Shown here in pieces: positions 60,519-64,000 of a stretch of 64,000 nt of DNA. Where the stretch lies: assembly GCA_047495785.1 (NCBI GenBank), contig JBLDXI010000029.1:3859986-3923985 (forward strand), read 5' to 3'. Both the position numbers and the translations under genes were made by a program. A model generated the notes under the pieces. The model saw only the letters and a program-made list of their open reading frames with translations, was not told the DNA's origin and did no database searches. Position 1 is the first letter of the stretch, and each line of letters begins with the position of its first letter. The DNA is from Lepidodermella squamata (lineage: Eukaryota; Animalia; Gastrotricha).

Positions 60519-61846
60519 GTTTAGGGTGCATAATTTCATTTTGAATGGGACAAATTTAAAACGGGAAATACAAAAATACAGTTTTATTGGTAGCTGAACC
60601 GTTGACCTCAAGGTCGAACAGCTCCAGTCTAATCGATTGCGCCACTGGTTCGCGCTAAAACGTTGCTTTGCGGAGTCGCTTATAAAAAATAGATCGCCTG
60701 CTCTTCAAAAACAGCCTTTTAATAGCGCCGAATGTGACCAGTCTCGTGGCTTATTGGGTTAGCTCGCGACTGGTTGTACAGAAGTCCTGGGTTCGAAACA
60801 GAATTTTCTCAAAAAGAAAGTTTACGGCCGCAAGCCTCGGTTCACGTGGACAGCACGCGGACAGCACGCAGACAAAAAAGAGGGGTTAGTCATAACGTGA
60901 TTGGTCAGAGGGGTGCCTGATAAAATCTGTTTTTTTTGGTTCCTTCTCCATTTGCTGATATTTCGATATCCTTCTTAAATTTTGTTACATGAAAAGCGAT
61001 CACATATTTTTCTGTTTCGATCACAGCTTTATCAACTTTTGATGAACATGCGCCGTTTGGCCGTTGCACTAAACTGAACTACAATCTTGGGCGAAGCTCG
61101 CGGAATCGCTTGACGTATTTCGCAGTAATTCGAGTAATGCTTGATATGCAACTCGATTGGCTTGATTCCTATGCGACAGAACCTGACCCACCATTCAAGC
61201 TTGGGCATTTGGGATGGGGATTGGGAAGGCATTTCACGATTTTTGCGCTTATTTCCTAATGAAATACTACGTCAAGAGCAAAATGCCACGGACTAATAGT
61301 TATCAAGGAAAAAATCATGCGCAGAAGTATAATTTACAAAGCGCATCCACTAGGTCATTTTGGCTGGAATCTTATCAGAGTAAGTGAAGGCATAAAAGTG
61401 GCGCGTACTTCAAGATGAATTACGGGTAGATCTCTGAAGCAACTGAAGCGATTTGTTCTGATGGGCAAGGCTTAATCAAAGCGCAGCTTTTTAGAGACAA
61501 ATCTGATCTGCTCTGGGGTTTAAAATATAGAATTGTCCTCAAAAATATAGGTCGCGTAGCTTGGCCAATTCGATATTTTACGGTATAACATTCGTAAATC
61601 GTTTATGTCGGAACTCGCCGCAGTCGATTTACTCATCTCAACTCGCCTCCGGCTCGTTTCGATTTGTAAATCTCGGCCGGCTCCGTTTAGAAATGAACTC
61701 TTTACTCATGTTATACCATACAAATGTAACACTTAATGAGCTTAATTAGTCTCCAATAGATGTAGACATTCTTCGTTTTGAAAGGGAAGAAAACAGCAAA
61801 ACCAAAGCAGTCAAAGCAGGATGCATCGCCTCACTACTACGTAGTT

Positions 61847-62022
61847 GTGAGCGTCGTTGAATAACTCGGATTCGGGCTTGTTCACGTCAGTTACAGACAG
61901 TTGATGGGTGACAAGTTCCCCTCTTCATTCACATAAAAACGCTCAATTACCTTTCACTTGTCACTCAGTACCTTGTAACTGACGTATACAAGCCCAAATC
62001 CGAGTTATTCAACGACGCTTAC
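61847..62022. mobile_element. MITE, same family as 2905-3097, opposite orientation
   Basis: TIR core GCGTCGTTGAATAACTCGGATT; internal CCTCTTCATTCAC matches the reverse complement of GTGAATGAAGAGG in the first copy. Confidence 0.8.
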
Positions 62023-62145
62023 GCTCCCATTTCTGTGGCTTGTTAATTTAGTTATCGTTAGTTACATAGTTAGCTAGATACCCAATGGAGTATCGTTGTC
62101 ATCTTTTCTTGAAAATTGTTACTTCGGTTAAAAGTGATCACTTTC

Positions 62146-62859
62146 AGGTCATCAACCGCTGCACCCGGAACCTGTCCCACTTTCGCCGTATTGCCTGCAC
62201 CCCTGGCCTCTCTCGCCGATGGCGTCGCACCGCCTACCTCAGCCTTGTCCGCTCCGCCGCCACTTACGGCAACGTCGTGTTTTGTACCGCGCCCAAGAGG
62301 CAGCTGAAGCGGCTTGATGTGTTGCAGAACGACTGTCTGCGCAGCCTGCTAAACATCCGCCGCGATGACCGGGTCCGTGTCTCGGAGCTGGAACGCCGCT
62401 GTGGCGTGAAGAGCCTGCCTGCCTTTTTCGAACAGACCCAGCGCCGTTATGCTGCAAATGCAGTCCGGTTCGTCCTCCCTCTTAGAGAAGAAATTGAGCG
62501 ACTCCGCCTCTCCGCGAACCCGGTGCCCCGTTCCCCGCTGGCCTTGATCGCCAGCAGGCTTCCTCGGGGTCCTTTGCCCACTTTCGATGTCTGATCTTGC
62601 CGCCTCTCCCTCTCCCTCTATCCTTTGCTTTCTCTTCTCTATACCCTTCTTCTCCCTCCCATTCTCCCTCGCTGTGTTTACGTGTCTGTCTGCCTTCGAT
62701 AAATCATCCCTCATCCCGCCCACTTGTGTCCACAGCGCACTGCCGCCGGCAAGCGCATGTAATCTTGCGACCCCGCGTCGTTGATATCTTTCAATTATTT
62801 CGTCTCCCCTGTTTATATGATGTCAACGAACAATAAATATTTGAATTTAGAATTTAGAA
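62146..62859 (+). mobile_element. 3' fragment of a LINE (post-RT region and 3' UTR)
   Basis: AYLSLVRSAATYG..LKRLDVLQNDCLRSLL..VRVSEL motif; GC-rich ORF end, pyrimidine-rich UTR, AATAAA and (TTTAGAA)n tail. Confidence 0.8.
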
Positions 62860-64000
62860 TCAGAAAACTTTAAATATCGCTATTTTCCTAATTGCGACAC
62901 TTCAGGGTATCCGATTATCCGCTAACTCCCAGGGACGAGATCTACTTTCAGCAAAATTAAGTGTTCATAAATATCATTTATAATTTTTCGTAGAAATCAG
63001 ATTAACTTTCTATTTCGAATGGGTCATTTCTATAATAGTTGGTAATGATTCATTAACATCTTATTGCAATATCTCCGAAGCTATTAAAGTAGAAATAGGG
63101 CATCATACATCCTATTAGCTGCTGTATTAAATTTTAAATTCTGCATTGTTGATAGGATTATTTTACTTCAACTTGTGCTCGAAGTCTCCCCTTCAGTTAT
63201 ATCTGATTGGATATTGGAAATTGATTGGGAATCGAAACTGGAAAATTGGCGAAATTCCGGTAAAAGGCCGTTACTCTACTATTGCTGAGTGCTGGCTATT
63301 TCGATATATTCAGCCTGTTATCGCCATTTTTGTTGAAACAAAGTTTGATGAATTATTCTCATGGTTTCATTTCCTTTGTTCATTTTCGAGTATTTCGCTG
63401 CGTTGAAAATAAAGATGCACGGCAACGGGTCACTGCAGCTCGTTTTTGCTACCTGTAAAATCTTAAATCGAAGAATTCCAGAAGAGCAGGAGAAAACTTT
63501 GAAAAGCAATTGAAAGGATAAGCGAAGAAGCAGAATTTCTCTATTCTCTTCAAGAGTCCAAGAGCGCAAGATAGCAATCGCAGCTAATGGCAATTTTATA
63601 GCCCTTGAACCGATAGGATGCAACCGCTCCGCCATTGTAAACAACCGCAATATAGCAGTATAATGATATATAGATATATACGCTAGCACTGGCGGTCCCT
63701 TACGTCGCAACACGAACGATATTTGCTAACTGTCATAGAATCACTAGAAAAATTACAATTTAATTTTCTCAAAAGAGCCTTTAATATACCTCGCTACTCC
63801 CATATGACGTATGAATGTTTATTGAATTGATTATTTGAATTCAGGCACGCGACGAGGTGAGTTGGAAAGGAGGGCTTATACATTTCCAAAAGGTCAAGTT
63901 CAATAATCAGACCGGTTAACACATCATTTTGTCGTTTATATAGACGGCTGCGAAAACTCGGTAAGTTCACTCGAGGTTCGTTGGTAAAATAACTATTGGT

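Noticed and set aside
60741-60800. tRNA-like A box and B box (TGGCTTATTGG ... GGTTCGAAAC)
   Set aside because: Stems do not close into a cloverleaf; at most a decayed SINE head.
59020-64000. Short ORFs of 60-130 aa in the distal region
   Set aside because: No recognisable domains or consistent exon structure, apart from the LINE fragment and MITEs reported.

Overview
This is eukaryotic (animal) genomic DNA from a compact genome; most introns are only about 50-60 nt. Gene models were built by hand from GT-AG sites, frame continuity and paralog comparison, and family names come from motif recognition, not database searches. 1-27.4 kb: a tandem array of secreted, very Cys-rich (EB-module-like), probably GPI-anchored proteins. 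It comprises a multi-unit gene A, single-unit genes B, C, E, F, G and H, and a relic D, and it is interrupted by a hAT transposon, MITEs, a LINE relic and a class C GPCR. 27.7-47.2 kb: a small single-pass membrane protein, a two-domain MRH-like secreted protein, two intronless bacterial-type PQQ/BamB-like beta-propeller genes with GPI-like tails, a double LamG/pentraxin-like protein, a second class C GPCR, tRNA-Ser(UGA), two divergent SDRs, and a pseudo-protease/CCP/NHL mosaic protein. 48-64 kb: a nest of decayed transposons (CR1-like, hAT, RTE and other LINEs, MITEs). The main candidate for a new system is the Cys-rich array. Units are chained by a fused 'last exon + exon 2' linker carrying a phase-1 donor that could splice into the next gene, and the paralogs are mosaic with hypervariable loops. 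The hAT element inserted in gene A carries a complete tRNA-like cloverleaf and has in-frame splice sites at its ends.
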